The translations under genes were made by a program, and so were the position numbers. Positions 63,641-64,000 of a stretch of DNA of 64,000 bases are shown piece after piece; within the stretch, counting starts at the first letter, position 1, and the number at the start of each line of letters is the position of its first letter. The notes under the pieces were generated by a model, which searched no databases, was not told the origin of the DNA, and saw nothing but the letters and a program-made list of their open reading frames with translations. The DNA lies in the NCBI RefSeq assembly GCF_963921235.1, contig NC_086097.1:13516001-13580000 (forward strand). The letters are read 5' to 3'. The stretch comes from Mobula hypostoma (taxonomy: Eukaryota).

Positions 63641-64000
63641 ATGGAGGCCGAGGAATTTATAAAGGCGCCGACCTTGGAGGCGTTAGAGGATGCCAGGAAA
63701 ACAGAATTGATAGCTGTGGCCAAACGGTTGAATCTTGTTAAGGGGAAGTCGACAATGAGGGGAGAGGAGATACACAGAGCTATCGTAGAGCACTATGTAT
63801 CTAAAGGTGTGTTTCCCCAAGGCGAGCTGGAGGTGATGTCTATTGAAAAACCTGCTGGAGACGCGGTACAGGTGCAGCTTGAAAAACTGAGACTCGAGCA
63901 CGAGTTCCAGGTACGGCAGTTAGAACACGAAGAGAAGCAGATAGAAAGGCGGAAGAAAGAGAGAGAGTTAGAAAGGCAGGAGAAAGAGAAACAGTTAGAA
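63641..64000 (+). CDS. gag: gag N-terminus of a Gypsy (possibly Gmr1-like) element; open to the window end
   Basis: MEAEEFIKAPTLEALEDARKTELIAVAKRLNL..., 120 codons without a stop, E/K/R-rich coiled coil; absent from the ORF track, presumably because there is no stop in the window. Confidence 0.75.
   Translation, partial: MEAEEFIKAPTLEALEDARKTELIAVAKRLNLVKGKSTMRGEEIHRAIVEHYVSKGVFPQGELEVMSIEKPAGDAVQVQLEKLRLEHEFQVRQLEHEEKQIERRKKERELERQEKEKQLE

Overview
Repeat-dense, apparently intronic or intergenic vertebrate DNA. The repeat content (HE1/V-SINE-type SINEs, many CR1 and Rex1/Babar LINE fragments, Penelope-like elements) suggests a cartilaginous fish, probably a ray; this is inference. I found no host protein-coding exon that I can support. 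Main contents: (1) a decayed, near full-length Ty3/Gypsy chromovirus (6757-11985; two LTRs, CTGTC target-site duplication, gag-CCHC, PR-RT-RNaseH-IN-chromodomain) inserted next to the catalytic motif of a Rex1-type LINE. Its PBS is complementary to its own LTR, as in Tf1/sushi self-priming. (2) About ten Penelope-like pseudo-LTR copies carrying a minimal hammerhead-ribozyme motif. One core is intact (25610-25645), and several copies sit in short, often palindromic insertions with 11-17 bp TSDs. (3) A decayed R4/Dong (Rex6-like) LINE. (4) A CR1 with esterase ORF1 and endonuclease but its RT deleted. (5) Tc1/mariner and hAT MITEs, one with a 6-bp TSD and a duplicated end. (6) A ~461-bp MITE/LINE-tail composite unit present twice. 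(7) A 27-bp CCAAT-box minisatellite. (8) The 5' LTR and open gag of a younger Gypsy element running off the right edge. Boundaries of decayed fragments are approximate, and family names come from motif recognition, not database searches.
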